IMG/VR virus record: IMGVR_UViG_3300043466_002106
Location: 2,470 to 66,469 of that record
Source: a virus
DNA: 64,000 bases
Strand: one strand, 5' to 3'
In this document: positions 42,028 to 51,791 of the stretch, in pieces
How positions within the stretch are numbered: position 1 is the first letter of the stretch
How the letters are laid out: every line of letters begins with the position of its first letter
Position numbers and translations under genes: made by a program
The notes under the pieces: model-generated
Told to the model about the DNA's origin: nothing
The model's database searches: none
Seen by the model: only the letters and a program-made list of their open reading frames with translations

Positions 42028-43329
42028 TTAGTTAGGTCTTGTTATGCCTAAACCACTTAAGAAATCATCTAATCCATCATCATCATCAGGGTCGATATTC
42101 TCTTCCTCTTTGTAATTGTCATACTCATCTTTCATTTGCTTAGCTTCTCTAACAATTTCTTCAAATCGTTTTTTAGCTCTTGACAATTTAGTTGAGTCTT
42201 CTGATATAGCATTTCCGATAATTTCCAAGAATTCTTTGGCCTCAATTTGATATAATAAGATATGGAACCAATTAATCAATCCTTTATATTCAGGGTCAAA
42301 AATATCATCAGGTAATGCGAAACGTATTTTTTCAACAATTTCAGGACCAATACGTAATTGCATTGGTTCATTTGCTAATGTGTCTACTTGACCCATAACT
42401 TTTTCTCTCATGCCAGGGTCCGATGGTAAACCATGTCTACCTTTAGCTTCTTCCAAACCTTTAATAATTTCATGACAAAGGATTGGGAAAATTAAACCTG
42501 TTGCAACAATTCTAGTATCAGGTCTTTCTTCACCTTCTTCTCCTTCACCACCACCGTCTTCATCGTCAGTATCTTCTAATTCAACTTTACCTGCAACTCC
42601 TTGACCTGTTTGACTCATCATTTCAATCATCTGTTCCATACTAAAGTATAAGAAATCGTTGATTGCCATAATACCCAAATAATCACCATAAAGTGAAGGG
42701 TCAATTGCATCTAATCTTGATTTTACATCAGGTTTTTGGAAAAGGTAATGACCTTTTTTTGCAGCTCCCTGAATAAGAGCATTAATAATATTTCTTTTGT
42801 GTTTCTCTAACTCAAGTATTTCTTCATCAGTTAAATCGTCAATGTCAAAAGAAGGGAATTGTAATTTTTCTTTTTTATCTTCGTCTTCATCTTCTTCGTC
42901 ATCATCTTCAGGTTCAGGTTGCATTCTGAAATTGTCTGTAGATGGCATCCCTAAAGACGCTTCAATTTCATACCAATCCGCAGGAACCTCAGCGTCTTCC
43001 AATGATGCTTCTTTCGCTAACTCAATTAGTTCATCTCTGTGAGCGGCTTCGATTCTCATAATGTTAGGTAGTTTTCTCATCATCTCTTGATAAATCATAC
43101 CTTGTACTTGTTGAGAACTTAAGTCTTCAATACCTGTAACTTGGCTTAATTTATCAGCGACTTTTTGAAATCTTTTACTAACCAATCTTTGTACGTCTTC
43201 AGCACCTTTTTTCATTGCAGGATTCGTAGCATATAATCCTTCAGGACTAGCCAACTTTCTTTCAAGGTTGGGGTCCATTCTTTCGGGTCTGTTCCCGTAA
43301 TCGATTTGTTCTTTAATTTTTCTTGCCAT
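42028..43329 (-). CDS. hypothetical phage protein
   Basis: 433 aa; acidic linkers; LCHEIIKG. Confidence 0.6.
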   Translation of the reverse strand: MARKIKEQIDYGNRPERMDPNLERKLASPEGLYATNPAMKKGAEDVQRLVSKRFQKVADKLSQVTGIEDLSSQQVQGMIYQEMMRKLPNIMRIEAAHRDELIELAKEASLEDAEVPADWYEIEASLGMPSTDNFRMQPEPEDDDEEDEDEDKKEKLQFPSFDIDDLTDEEILELEKHKRNIINALIQGAAKKGHYLFQKPDVKSRLDAIDPSLYGDYLGIMAINDFLYFSMEQMIEMMSQTGQGVAGKVELEDTDDEDGGGEGEEGEERPDTRIVATGLIFPILCHEIIKGLEEAKGRHGLPSDPGMREKVMGQVDTLANEPMQLRIGPEIVEKIRFALPDDIFDPEYKGLINWFHILLYQIEAKEFLEIIGNAISEDSTKLSRAKKRFEEIVREAKQMKDEYDNYKEEENIDPDDDDGLDDFLSGLGITRPN

Positions 43330-43331
43330 GA

Positions 43332-44108
43332 TTATTTTTGTAGTATTTGCATTATAACGTCAATCACTTTTTCTTTCGCATCTTCAGGGGAAACTTTTTT
43401 CGCCTTTGGTGCGGGATTTTCACCTGGATTTGGATTCTTACCTGGATGTGCAGGTCTTGGTTTTTTACCAGGAGATACACCAGGTTTTGTTGGTGCTGGT
43501 TTTGTTGTTGGTGACGGAGCAGTACCTTGTTCTGAAATGTATCTAACTAAGTCACCTTTTGTAATTTTTGGAGGCATGTTTCTTTCCACGATTTTTTCTA
43601 TTTGAGTTTCTAAAAACAAAGATACGGGATTTTTTCCTTCTTTAAGCTGTTTTTTTACAGACATTACACATCTTTCAAATTTTCTTGATTTTTTAGGTCC
43701 AACTTGTGCGTGACAAATAGAATATGGATTTGGTTCTCCGTCTTTTTCTTCAGACATACCAATCATTTTACTATCATGGTTTTCTGGCGATGTATCATCA
43801 TCCATACCATCATCAGATGCCTGATATTCATCATGAGAACCTTGTTGTCCTGTATAGGCTTGGTCAGCATCCAAATCAAAATCATCATCTTCCTCCAAAC
43901 CAAGGTTTTTCATTTTAAGTTCAACCGAAGTAAGTTGTTGATTTAATGCTCCAATGTCTTTCATTTTCTGAGCAACTTTTGGATTTGTCGCTTGTTCAGT
44001 AAACATTTTTGTGTGTAATACATTAATTTGAGATTCGTTTAACTTACTAACAGTGTTAGAAGATAAACCTTTTTCAATTAGTTGAAGTGCTTTTATATTA
44101 GTTTTCAT
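43332..44108 (-). CDS. hypothetical protein, probable head-associated protein
   Basis: NPYSIC..FERCV module, Pro-rich C-terminus, several xxE sites. Confidence 0.55.
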   Translation of the reverse strand: MKTNIKALQLIEKGLSSNTVSKLNESQINVLHTKMFTEQATNPKVAQKMKDIGALNQQLTSVELKMKNLGLEEDDDFDLDADQAYTGQQGSHDEYQASDDGMDDDTSPENHDSKMIGMSEEKDGEPNPYSICHAQVGPKKSRKFERCVMSVKKQLKEGKNPVSLFLETQIEKIVERNMPPKITKGDLVRYISEQGTAPSPTTKPAPTKPGVSPGKKPRPAHPGKNPNPGENPAPKAKKVSPEDAKEKVIDVIMQILQK

Positions 44109-44493
44109 AGACTACTTTTTGTTCAAATTCCAAAATTAAATCTCTTTCATAGAGTTTATCTTTTATTTCTTTTTCGGTACATCCAAATCTAAAGACCAAT
44201 CTTTTTTGTCCTTCCAATTCTTCTGTTTCCCAGGCTAATGCAACAACATCGTCCATCGCATCTATCATACAAAAAAAATCGGAGTTCTGAATCAATTCCA
44301 ATTTTAAATCAGTATTTCTCAGAACTCCTACTTTCTTAATATATTTTAATTCAGGTGGTGTTGGATAACCGTTTGAAGGTCTACTCTCCCATGAGTCACC
44401 CCAAACATCCAAACTATCCGAAAAAATAAACTCATATAAATTATCTCCCTTATAGTTAGGACCAAGTCCATTAACATAAGTTAAATAACTCAT
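44098..44493 (-). CDS. hypothetical phage protein
   Basis: 131 aa ORF in the operon. Confidence 0.6.
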   Translation of the reverse strand: MSYLTYVNGLGPNYKGDNLYEFIFSDSLDVWGDSWESRPSNGYPTPPELKYIKKVGVLRNTDLKLELIQNSDFFCMIDAMDDVVALAWETEELEGQKRLVFRFGCTEKEIKDKLYERDLILEFEQKVVYEN

Positions 44494-45728
44494 AGAATTT
44501 CTCCGTTTGGTGTTATTTTAACTTGACCTGATTTAGTTTCAAACACTAAATTCTTTTTATTAGTAACCCCAATAAATTTAGAATTTACGTTTTCTTTTAC
44601 AAATTTTTCAGCCGCCAATTCTTGTTCAATAGTTTCAGTCATTTTCGTTACTGATTCCATGATTGTTTTAACGATTGTTCTTTTTTGTAATTGTTTTTGT
44701 ACTTGTTTTTCTTTGTGTTCTCTAATTTCTGATTTAGAAACTTCAAAGTATTTTGAAATAACTTTGTCAACTTTAGACTCACCAAAGATACTATCAAAGA
44801 TTGCTCCGTTTCCGTACTCCTCTTCTTCCATTTCGTAACCTTCAACAGGTACGTCCATGTCAGCTTGAATATCCTCAACTTCAGTGTCATCTGTAAAGTC
44901 TTCACCATCCATATCATCTTCTTGACCAAATTCTTCAGTTTCATCTTCTTCAAATTTTGACATGATATCTTCTTTATCTTCTTCAGATAATGAAGTTAAA
45001 TCAAGTGCCGATAAAATCATGTTGATAACGTACTTAACATCTTCTGATGTCATACCATCTTCGTTATCTAATGTTCTAATTTTTTGAGTTAATTTACCTG
45101 TTAATTTTTGAATCGTTTTAAATGTTATTTGGTCTTCAGGTGTTTCTCCACCTTCAGCATCAACATCTACGTCAACATCAATATCTTCACCACCCATGTC
45201 ATCCATCGGCATTTCTTCACCACCCATGTCATCCATCGGCATTTCTTCACCACCCATTGGAGATGGAGGTAATTCAGGACTTGGAACCGCTGGAGGAGCC
45301 GCAGGTAATTCTGCTGGTGGTCCTGCAGGCATTTCAGGTGCCGCTGGTTTTGGAGTTTTTAATGTGAATCTTTTTTGTTCACCGTATAATGAAACACCTT
45401 CCTCATTTTCGTTAACTCTATTTAACTCACCCGCAACAAGATTTAATCTTTTTAATGCTTGAGAATACGAGGAATAGTATTTTCTATTTTTCATAGGTTC
45501 AATATAATCCGTCTCAGATTCGGAAATAGTTTTTTTAATAATATATCCTTGTCTTTCTCTAACAATTTGATAATTGTTTCCATCTGCAAGAGAAATCGAA
45601 TACTCTGAAGTAGCATTTTCATTTATAGTTTTAGGAGTTGCCTCTTTAAATCTAGCAATTTCCATAATTCTATTTATCTTGTCTTGGCCTGTAAGTTTTT
45701 CACTTCCAATTGCTTTTAAGTCTGCCAT
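44490..45728 (-). CDS. acidic/Pro-rich hypothetical head protein
   Basis: 412 aa; internal MGGEEMPMDD repeat (45186-45257). Confidence 0.6.
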   Translation of the reverse strand: MADLKAIGSEKLTGQDKINRIMEIARFKEATPKTINENATSEYSISLADGNNYQIVRERQGYIIKKTISESETDYIEPMKNRKYYSSYSQALKRLNLVAGELNRVNENEEGVSLYGEQKRFTLKTPKPAAPEMPAGPPAELPAAPPAVPSPELPPSPMGGEEMPMDDMGGEEMPMDDMGGEDIDVDVDVDAEGGETPEDQITFKTIQKLTGKLTQKIRTLDNEDGMTSEDVKYVINMILSALDLTSLSEEDKEDIMSKFEEDETEEFGQEDDMDGEDFTDDTEVEDIQADMDVPVEGYEMEEEEYGNGAIFDSIFGESKVDKVISKYFEVSKSEIREHKEKQVQKQLQKRTIVKTIMESVTKMTETIEQELAAEKFVKENVNSKFIGVTNKKNLVFETKSGQVKITPNGEIL

Positions 45729-45747
45729 ATTTGTTGTTATTTATTTT

Positions 45748-47001
45748 TTAGTTATTTAATCCGTTAAAACCACCTAACGTGATTCCGTTTAATTGTTGTA
45801 CTGGTATTCCTTCATTATCCAAGAAGACTGGGTGAGGTGCGTATGCTCCTGAGAAATCAGCACTTCCACCACTAAAGTTACCCAAGATATCTAAAGTGTA
45901 TGCGTATTGTTGGTCAGCTGAAAAACCTGTAAACCAATAAGTTGGTGTTGGACTTGGAGTTACCGCTGGAGTTCCTGTTTGAGTTGGAGTTTTAGTTGGT
46001 GTAGGTGTAACCGATGCAGTTCCTGTTTGAGTTGGAGTTGAGGTCGGTGTTTTAGTTGGTGTTGGAGTAACCGCCGCAGTTCCTGTAGGAGTTCCTGTTT
46101 GAGTTGGCGTTTTAGTTGGTGTAGGAGTTGAAGTTACAGATGCAGTTCCTGTTTGGGTTTGAGTAGGTGTTTGGGTTTGAGTAGGTGTTTGGGTTGGTGT
46201 AACTGCAGCAGTTCCTGTTTGTGTTGGAGTTTTAGTTGTAGTTACTGATGGTGTTGGTGTATTACTTGATGTATTAGTTGGTGTTACTGTTGGTGTTGGT
46301 GTTGGTAATGGACAAGAACCTATTGAAACATAAGACCCGTTACCTTGAATTATAATTATTTCTGTGGCACATGTCGTAAGTGTTTGAAAAGCCTGAACTT
46401 GAACTGTAAATGTAAATCCATTACAATCTTTACCGACAAATGTTGTGTCACCCGTTCCACCATATAATTGATATGTTTTACATACACCAGGTGTATTACT
46501 TGGTGTTGGTGTATTACTTGGAGTTTGAGTTTGAGTACTAGTATTAGTTGGAGTATTTGTTTGAGTTGGAGTATTTGTTTGAGTTGGGGTGTTTGTTTGA
46601 GTTTTAGTTACTGTTGGAGTGTTTGTTGGGGTTATAGAAATAGTACCTGTTTGTGTTGGTGTTACGGTTGGAGTTGTCGTATTGGTTGGTGTTACCGACG
46701 CAGTTCCTGTTGGAGTTGGTGTCGGAGTACTAGTGGTTGTGGGTGTTGGGGTTATTAATGATGCCTCACAAGTTGGACAATCCGCAAATTGACCCCCTAA
46801 CACTGTTGCTGTATATGAAACGTTTGCAAAACTGGCTCCTTGGTTTAAGAAACAACCTGTGAAAAATTGACCCCCATTATCAAATTCAACGTAATAAATT
46901 TGACCTGTAGTTAAAATATCACCACCAGGAAATTCAACTGCATTAAATTGAATATTTAAACCACAAGGAGAACCATATAAATTATATTTAGTAGCTGCCA
47001 T
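45748..47001 (-). CDS. Thr/Pro-repeat (mucin-like) virion protein with small Cys-containing domains
   Basis: two long TPT/TQT repeat tracts separating Cys-bearing domains; TATTTAT upstream. Confidence 0.7.
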   Translation of the reverse strand: MAATKYNLYGSPCGLNIQFNAVEFPGGDILTTGQIYYVEFDNGGQFFTGCFLNQGASFANVSYTATVLGGQFADCPTCEASLITPTPTTTSTPTPTPTGTASVTPTNTTTPTVTPTQTGTISITPTNTPTVTKTQTNTPTQTNTPTQTNTPTNTSTQTQTPSNTPTPSNTPGVCKTYQLYGGTGDTTFVGKDCNGFTFTVQVQAFQTLTTCATEIIIIQGNGSYVSIGSCPLPTPTPTVTPTNTSSNTPTPSVTTTKTPTQTGTAAVTPTQTPTQTQTPTQTQTGTASVTSTPTPTKTPTQTGTPTGTAAVTPTPTKTPTSTPTQTGTASVTPTPTKTPTQTGTPAVTPSPTPTYWFTGFSADQQYAYTLDILGNFSGGSADFSGAYAPHPVFLDNEGIPVQQLNGITLGGFNGLNN

Positions 47002-47026
47002 TTAATTTTTCTTAATAAATATACGA

Positions 47027-47770
47027 TTAATGTGAATTATTTGAATATTCTTGAATAGTTCTTTCAATGGACAGTTCTTTATCAGTTTCTTTATTTGCGG
47101 TATCGAACAATTTTTCAATATGACCCGACCTTCTTAAAAATTTAAAGACAAGATTTTCATAAGATAATTCACCATCTGATTCCAATCCTGACTTTCTATA
47201 GTCTTTTAATTTTTCTTTGATTTTTTCCAAATCTTTACCCTCATCAATTGCGGTATCAATCTTTTCCGTCCAACATTCAATCTTTTTTGTTAGGACTTCT
47301 TTATCAACATTATTTTTGAATTTTTTTGGTTCAGATATCCACTCATTATTCATAACGGAATACACTCCTGAACTATAATGAGATTCTTCAACATCTTGAG
47401 CATATAGTTCAACATCATATCCAAAGATTCGAATATCATGTTTATCGTTAAAAACTTGTTTTTTTAAATTGAATAGTTCCTTATATAGTTCTGATTGGTT
47501 TTCGTATTGTTGTAAATCAACAATTACGTGTAAATCAAAATCTGAAAACTCGGACCAATTGTAATTGGCCAATGAACCTGTTAGATGAATATCTTCAACA
47601 AAAACCTCATCACCCAAATAATCAATAAACTTTTCTGCGATGAGCATAAGAGCCTTTCTGACCTTTGGTATCATAACCGACTTGTCAGGATTTTTTGGAT
47701 TTTCCCAAATTTTCGGATTTAAAGATTCTTTAACCGAAAAACTATTAAGGATTTTTTGAAAATTATTCAT
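47027..47770 (-). CDS. Pol-beta-superfamily nucleotidyltransferase
   Basis: LTGSLANYNW...SDFDLHV and VELY motifs. Confidence 0.8.
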   Translation of the reverse strand: MNNFQKILNSFSVKESLNPKIWENPKNPDKSVMIPKVRKALMLIAEKFIDYLGDEVFVEDIHLTGSLANYNWSEFSDFDLHVIVDLQQYENQSELYKELFNLKKQVFNDKHDIRIFGYDVELYAQDVEESHYSSGVYSVMNNEWISEPKKFKNNVDKEVLTKKIECWTEKIDTAIDEGKDLEKIKEKLKDYRKSGLESDGELSYENLVFKFLRRSGHIEKLFDTANKETDKELSIERTIQEYSNNSH

Positions 47771-47791
47771 CCTTAATAAATAGTCCGTTAA

Positions 47792-48034
47792 TTAAACTTT
47801 TTTATATGAATATTGTTTTGCGATGTCGGTAGTGAAAAATTTACCTTGAGATTCTGCCAATCTGAACTTTGTATATACTTGGTGAGGTACGTTATTGTAC
47901 TTGTATTTTGCTCCGTTATTGAATTCTACGACCAAATCTTTTGATTCTGTGTCGTACTCTGCAGATTTAATATTTGAAGATTTAATTTCGTTTTTAATCT
48001 TCGTCCCATCGATTACTTCTTTTATTATTGCCAT
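47792..48034 (-). CDS. KTSC-domain protein
   Basis: SSNIKSAEYD...L.VEF.NG..Y.Y.NVP...Y......S.GKFF. Confidence 0.9.
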   Translation of the reverse strand: MAIIKEVIDGTKIKNEIKSSNIKSAEYDTESKDLVVEFNNGAKYKYNNVPHQVYTKFRLAESQGKFFTTDIAKQYSYKKV

Positions 48035-48326
48035 TTTCTTTAAGTGGTGTTAATTCGTTTATCTTGCTTAATAATGGTGTTAGATAAGCGGTTAGCTCAT
48101 CAAAACTCATATCAAAACCATAAGATGTAACATCATTAAGTAAAGTGTCTCTTTGATTACCAAATTCGCGAAATAACCTCATCATGGTCGGTGTATACGT
48201 TGGCGGTTTTTCTAATTGGGGTTCGCTAAATCCCAACTCTTGAAAATGTTGTCGTAGCTCAAGATACGTCTCAAGTAGTTTTTTCAACGTAAACGACTCA
48301 TTCAAATATATTTCGTATGGTTTCAT
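47994..48326 (-). CDS. hypothetical protein
   Basis: 110 aa; TATTTAT 4 nt upstream of the ATG. Confidence 0.55.
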   Translation of the reverse strand: MKPYEIYLNESFTLKKLLETYLELRQHFQELGFSEPQLEKPPTYTPTMMRLFREFGNQRDTLLNDVTSYGFDMSFDELTAYLTPLLSKINELTPLKENGNNKRSNRWDED

Positions 48327-48338
48327 GTTTATAAATAT

Positions 48339-48364
48339 AAAACCCCCACCGTTTGGTGAGGGTT
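48339..48364 (-). terminator. intrinsic terminator
   Basis: AACCC-CACC/GGTG-GGGTT hairpin followed by a T-run on the minus strand. Confidence 0.65.
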
Positions 48365-48370
48365 ATTATG

Positions 48371-48775
48371 TTATGACTTCAATTTTCTTAAATGGTCTCG
48401 AATTTCAATTGATTTTTCGAAGTTCTGTTCTTCGATTGATTTTTTTAATTCCAATTCAAGTTTTTCAATTTGTTCTTGATTGGTTCCCAAGTTTTTGATT
48501 TGGTCTCTCAACTTAACGGCTTGTTCAAAATCTTCCATTTCAATTGCTCTTTCAAGTTTGATTTTAAGATATTCTTCTTTATCCATTTCTTTTGAATTAT
48601 CATTATCAAAATCTGATAAATCGAATACCTTTACATAACGGGTGTATTTGTAATTCCCATCAGGAGATTCAAAAGTTTTGGTATCCCAATCTTGTTTATT
48701 GAATTCTTCCATCATTTTGTCGTAACGAGCCATTAGGTCGTCAAAGTTAAAGTTAAATCTTCTTTTGTTAAACAT
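48371..48775 (-). CDS. twin UVR (UvrB/UvrC-motif) domain protein
   Basis: AIEMEDFEQAVKLRDQI and SIEEQNFEKSIEIRDHL. Confidence 0.8.
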   Translation of the reverse strand: MFNKRRFNFNFDDLMARYDKMMEEFNKQDWDTKTFESPDGNYKYTRYVKVFDLSDFDNDNSKEMDKEEYLKIKLERAIEMEDFEQAVKLRDQIKNLGTNQEQIEKLELELKKSIEEQNFEKSIEIRDHLRKLKS

Positions 48776-48867
48776 ATTTTTTTGTTTTATTTAAATTTAT
48801 TGATTATCTTTGTACTTGTCAAGTATCATACCGATGATAAATATAAGACACAATTTCAATTAATCCA

Positions 48868-48910
48868 TGACATTATGTCAGGTTAAAAAAATTATCATGA
48901 CAATTTGTCA
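48868..48910. promoter_or_regulatory. tandem palindromic operator-like sites TGACA-N3-TGTCA
   Basis: TGACATTATGTCA (48868-48880) and TGACAATTTGTCA (48898-48910), 30 bp apart, between divergent genes. Confidence 0.55.
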
Positions 48911-48964
48911 AATTATTTGGAAGTGTATGAAATTTGACGTTAATTTGTAAAACAATTTAAAAAT

Positions 48965-50980
48965 ATGAACGACTTAATGGACGACGACGACAAAACAATG
49001 AACAAAAAATCAAAATCATCAGGAGAATCTAACACACCTGTATTGGACAACTTCAGTAGAGATTTGATTAAACTAGCAGAAGCTGGTAAACTTGACCCTG
49101 TAATTGGTCGTGACCGAGAAATCTTAAGGATTGCTCAGATTCTTTCTCGTAGAAAGAAAAACAACCCAATCATTCTTGGAGAACCTGGCTGTGGTAAAAC
49201 CGCACTTGTTGAAGGTTTGGCAATTAAGATTGTAAATGGAGATTGTCCTCGTAATTTGGTGGATAAACGTATTGTCAATCTTGACCTAACTTCAGTTGTC
49301 GCTGGTACGAAGTATCGTGGACAATTTGAAGAACGTATGAAGGTGATTATCGAAGAACTTCAAGCAAACCCGAACATCATCGTATTCATCGATGAGATTC
49401 ACACTTTGGTTGGTTCAGGTAATTCTTCAGGTTCAATGGACGGTTCAAACATCTTTAAACCCGCATTGGCACGTGGGGAAGTTCAATGTATCGGAGCAAC
49501 TACATTAGATGAGTTCCGTAAAAACATTGAAAAAGATGGAGCGTTGGAACGTAGATTCCAAAAGGTAATCGTTGAACCATCATCAGTTGATGAGACAATC
49601 CAAATCCTTAAAAATGTTCGTGACAAATACGAAGATTTCCATAAGGTGAATTACAGCGATGAGGTGATTGAAACTTGTGTTAAGTTGGCAGACCGTTATA
49701 TCACGGACCGTGAGTTCCCTGATAAAGCGTTTGACATCTTGGATGAGGTTGGGGCAAGAATGCAGACTGACTTAAAAGTTCCTGAAGCAATTGAAGAATT
49801 GAAGAAGAAAGCGGCGGACATCAAAGTCCAAAAAATGGAAGTAGTTAAAAAACAAAACTACGAACAGGCGGCTGAACTTAGAGACAAAGAGAAAAAGTTG
49901 TTGTTAAAGTTGGACCAAGAGAAAATCAAGTTTGAGGAAAAGTTATCCAAAGAAAAACAACTCATCTTATTGGAACATGTTTATGATGTTGTATCGAACA
50001 TGACAAAAATCCCTGTAAGTAAAATGAGTGTGGACGACACCAAAGCTTTGGTTGACTTGGACAAAACTTTGATTGACAAAGTAATCGGTCAAAACAATGC
50101 GGTGATTAAGATTGCGAAGGCAATCAAGAGAAACCGTTTGGGTATCAAAGACCCTAATCGTCCAATAGGTTCGTTTGTGTTCTTGGGTTCAACTGGTGTT
50201 GGTAAGACCTATTTGGCAAAACAATTGGCAAAAGAAATGTTCGGTTCCGAAGATGCTCTCATTCGTGTCGACATGTCTGAATACCAAGAGAAACACACCG
50301 TATCCAAATTGGTTGGAGCCCCTCCAGGATACGTAGGTTATGAAGAAGGTGGATTGTTAACTGAAAAAGTTAAAAACAAACCTTATTCTGTAATCCTATT
50401 CGATGAGGTCGAAAAGGCTCACAAAGATGTGTTCACCATCCTACTTCAAATTTTAGATGATGGTCACGTAACCGATAGTTTGGGTCGTAAGATTAACTTC
50501 AAGAATACCTTGATTATCTTGACATCAAACTTGGGAGTTAAAAAACTACAAGACTTTGGAACAGGTATTGGTTTCTCAAGTAATTCATATAGTAATGAAG
50601 AAGCTAAGAAACAAATGTTGATGAAGGAAATGAAAAACTTCTTCTCACCTGAGTTCATCAACCGTATCGATGATACAATCGTATTCAACTCTTTGGGTCA
50701 AGAAGACATCAAGAAGATTACGGACATCGAATTGAACAAATTGATGACTCGTCTTGTAGACATGAAGTACAAAATCACATACGACGAATCTTTGGTAGAA
50801 TACTTGGCAAAGATTGGGTACGATGAATTGTACGGAGCTCGTCCATTGAAACGAGCAATTCAGGACAAGGTCGAAGACCTATTATCTGAAGAAGTCCTAA
50901 CGGGTAAGATGGTAGAGGGTAAGACCTACATCATCAAAGTTGTGGATGAGAATGTGGTTGTTCAAAAGAAAGGACGATAA
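48965..50980 (+). CDS. clpC: ClpC-type AAA+ unfoldase lacking the N-terminal domain
   Basis: GEPGCGKT and GSTGVGKT Walker A motifs, UVR-type M domain (QNYEQAAELRD), GAPPGYVGY, IGF loop. Confidence 0.92.
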   Translation: MNDLMDDDDKTMNKKSKSSGESNTPVLDNFSRDLIKLAEAGKLDPVIGRDREILRIAQILSRRKKNNPIILGEPGCGKTALVEGLAIKIVNGDCPRNLVDKRIVNLDLTSVVAGTKYRGQFEERMKVIIEELQANPNIIVFIDEIHTLVGSGNSSGSMDGSNIFKPALARGEVQCIGATTLDEFRKNIEKDGALERRFQKVIVEPSSVDETIQILKNVRDKYEDFHKVNYSDEVIETCVKLADRYITDREFPDKAFDILDEVGARMQTDLKVPEAIEELKKKAADIKVQKMEVVKKQNYEQAAELRDKEKKLLLKLDQEKIKFEEKLSKEKQLILLEHVYDVVSNMTKIPVSKMSVDDTKALVDLDKTLIDKVIGQNNAVIKIAKAIKRNRLGIKDPNRPIGSFVFLGSTGVGKTYLAKQLAKEMFGSEDALIRVDMSEYQEKHTVSKLVGAPPGYVGYEEGGLLTEKVKNKPYSVILFDEVEKAHKDVFTILLQILDDGHVTDSLGRKINFKNTLIILTSNLGVKKLQDFGTGIGFSSNSYSNEEAKKQMLMKEMKNFFSPEFINRIDDTIVFNSLGQEDIKKITDIELNKLMTRLVDMKYKITYDESLVEYLAKIGYDELYGARPLKRAIQDKVEDLLSEEVLTGKMVEGKTYIIKVVDENVVVQKKGR

Positions 50981-50985
50981 ATAAG

Positions 50986-51013
50986 AAAGGGGGGATTTAT
51001 TCCCCCTTTTTTT
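50986..51013 (+). terminator. intrinsic terminator after clpC
   Basis: AAAGGGGG..CCCCCTTT hairpin plus T-run. Confidence 0.8.
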
Positions 51014-51026
51014 ATATTTATATTTG

Positions 51027-51791
51027 ATGAGGGATTTAATCAGAAAGGTTATTATAGAAACTGTAACAAATAAAGAAATAATTTGTGACAAATGTGGATG
51101 GTCGTGGGATATTGCCGATGGAGGTGATGACTTATATATCTGTCATGAATGTGGTCATGATAACGAACCCAAATCAAAATCAAATTTGAATAAATTATTG
51201 GAAAAATTTAAAACAAAATTTCCTGAGGATTTAAAAGATAAGGTCGATGTAATTGAGAAGTTTATTGTTAATTATATTCAAGACCATAACTTTACGGTTA
51301 AATTTCTTAACTCCTGTTCTACAGGTTTTAATGGTGTGAGAACCAAAGACCAAATTATTATTTGTTCTCCAAATGCAATGACAACTCTTGGTGATTTTAT
51401 TTACACCGTATTCCATGAAATAAGACATGAAGAACAAATGGATAAAACTGGAATGGGATTAGACAATCCTTTAACGGATTATGATTTAGAAGACTTTGAA
51501 AAAATTGCAAACCATTATTGGGATTTAGAATTAGATGCCGATAGATTTGGAAAAGAAATGATTGCAAAACTAATAATCAAACTTGGATTACCTATTGATG
51601 TTGCAAAACAAAATTTAGGGTTGTCATCATATATTGAAAATTACCCATTAACTTCTAAAATGGTATTATATCAATTAAAAATGATTATAGATAGTATTAA
51701 ACAAATAAAAAAATCAGGTGGCGAATATAATGATATTCAAGACCACCCGATGATTAAAAGACATTTAGATAAGTTAGAAAACTTTATTTAA
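51027..51791 (+). CDS. hypothetical protein with zinc ribbon and HExxH metallopeptidase-like motif
   Basis: CDKCG..CHECG; FHEIRHEEQ...ELDAD. Confidence 0.6.
   Translation: MRDLIRKVIIETVTNKEIICDKCGWSWDIADGGDDLYICHECGHDNEPKSKSNLNKLLEKFKTKFPEDLKDKVDVIEKFIVNYIQDHNFTVKFLNSCSTGFNGVRTKDQIIICSPNAMTTLGDFIYTVFHEIRHEEQMDKTGMGLDNPLTDYDLEDFEKIANHYWDLELDADRFGKEMIAKLIIKLGLPIDVAKQNLGLSSYIENYPLTSKMVLYQLKMIIDSIKQIKKSGGEYNDIQDHPMIKRHLDKLENFI

Noticed and set aside
35106-46760. Tandem repeats as a possible CRISPR or DGR array
   Set aside because: They are in-frame low-complexity coding repeats (acidic scaffold, MGGEEMPMDD, TP tracts), with no unique spacers, cas genes or reverse transcriptase.
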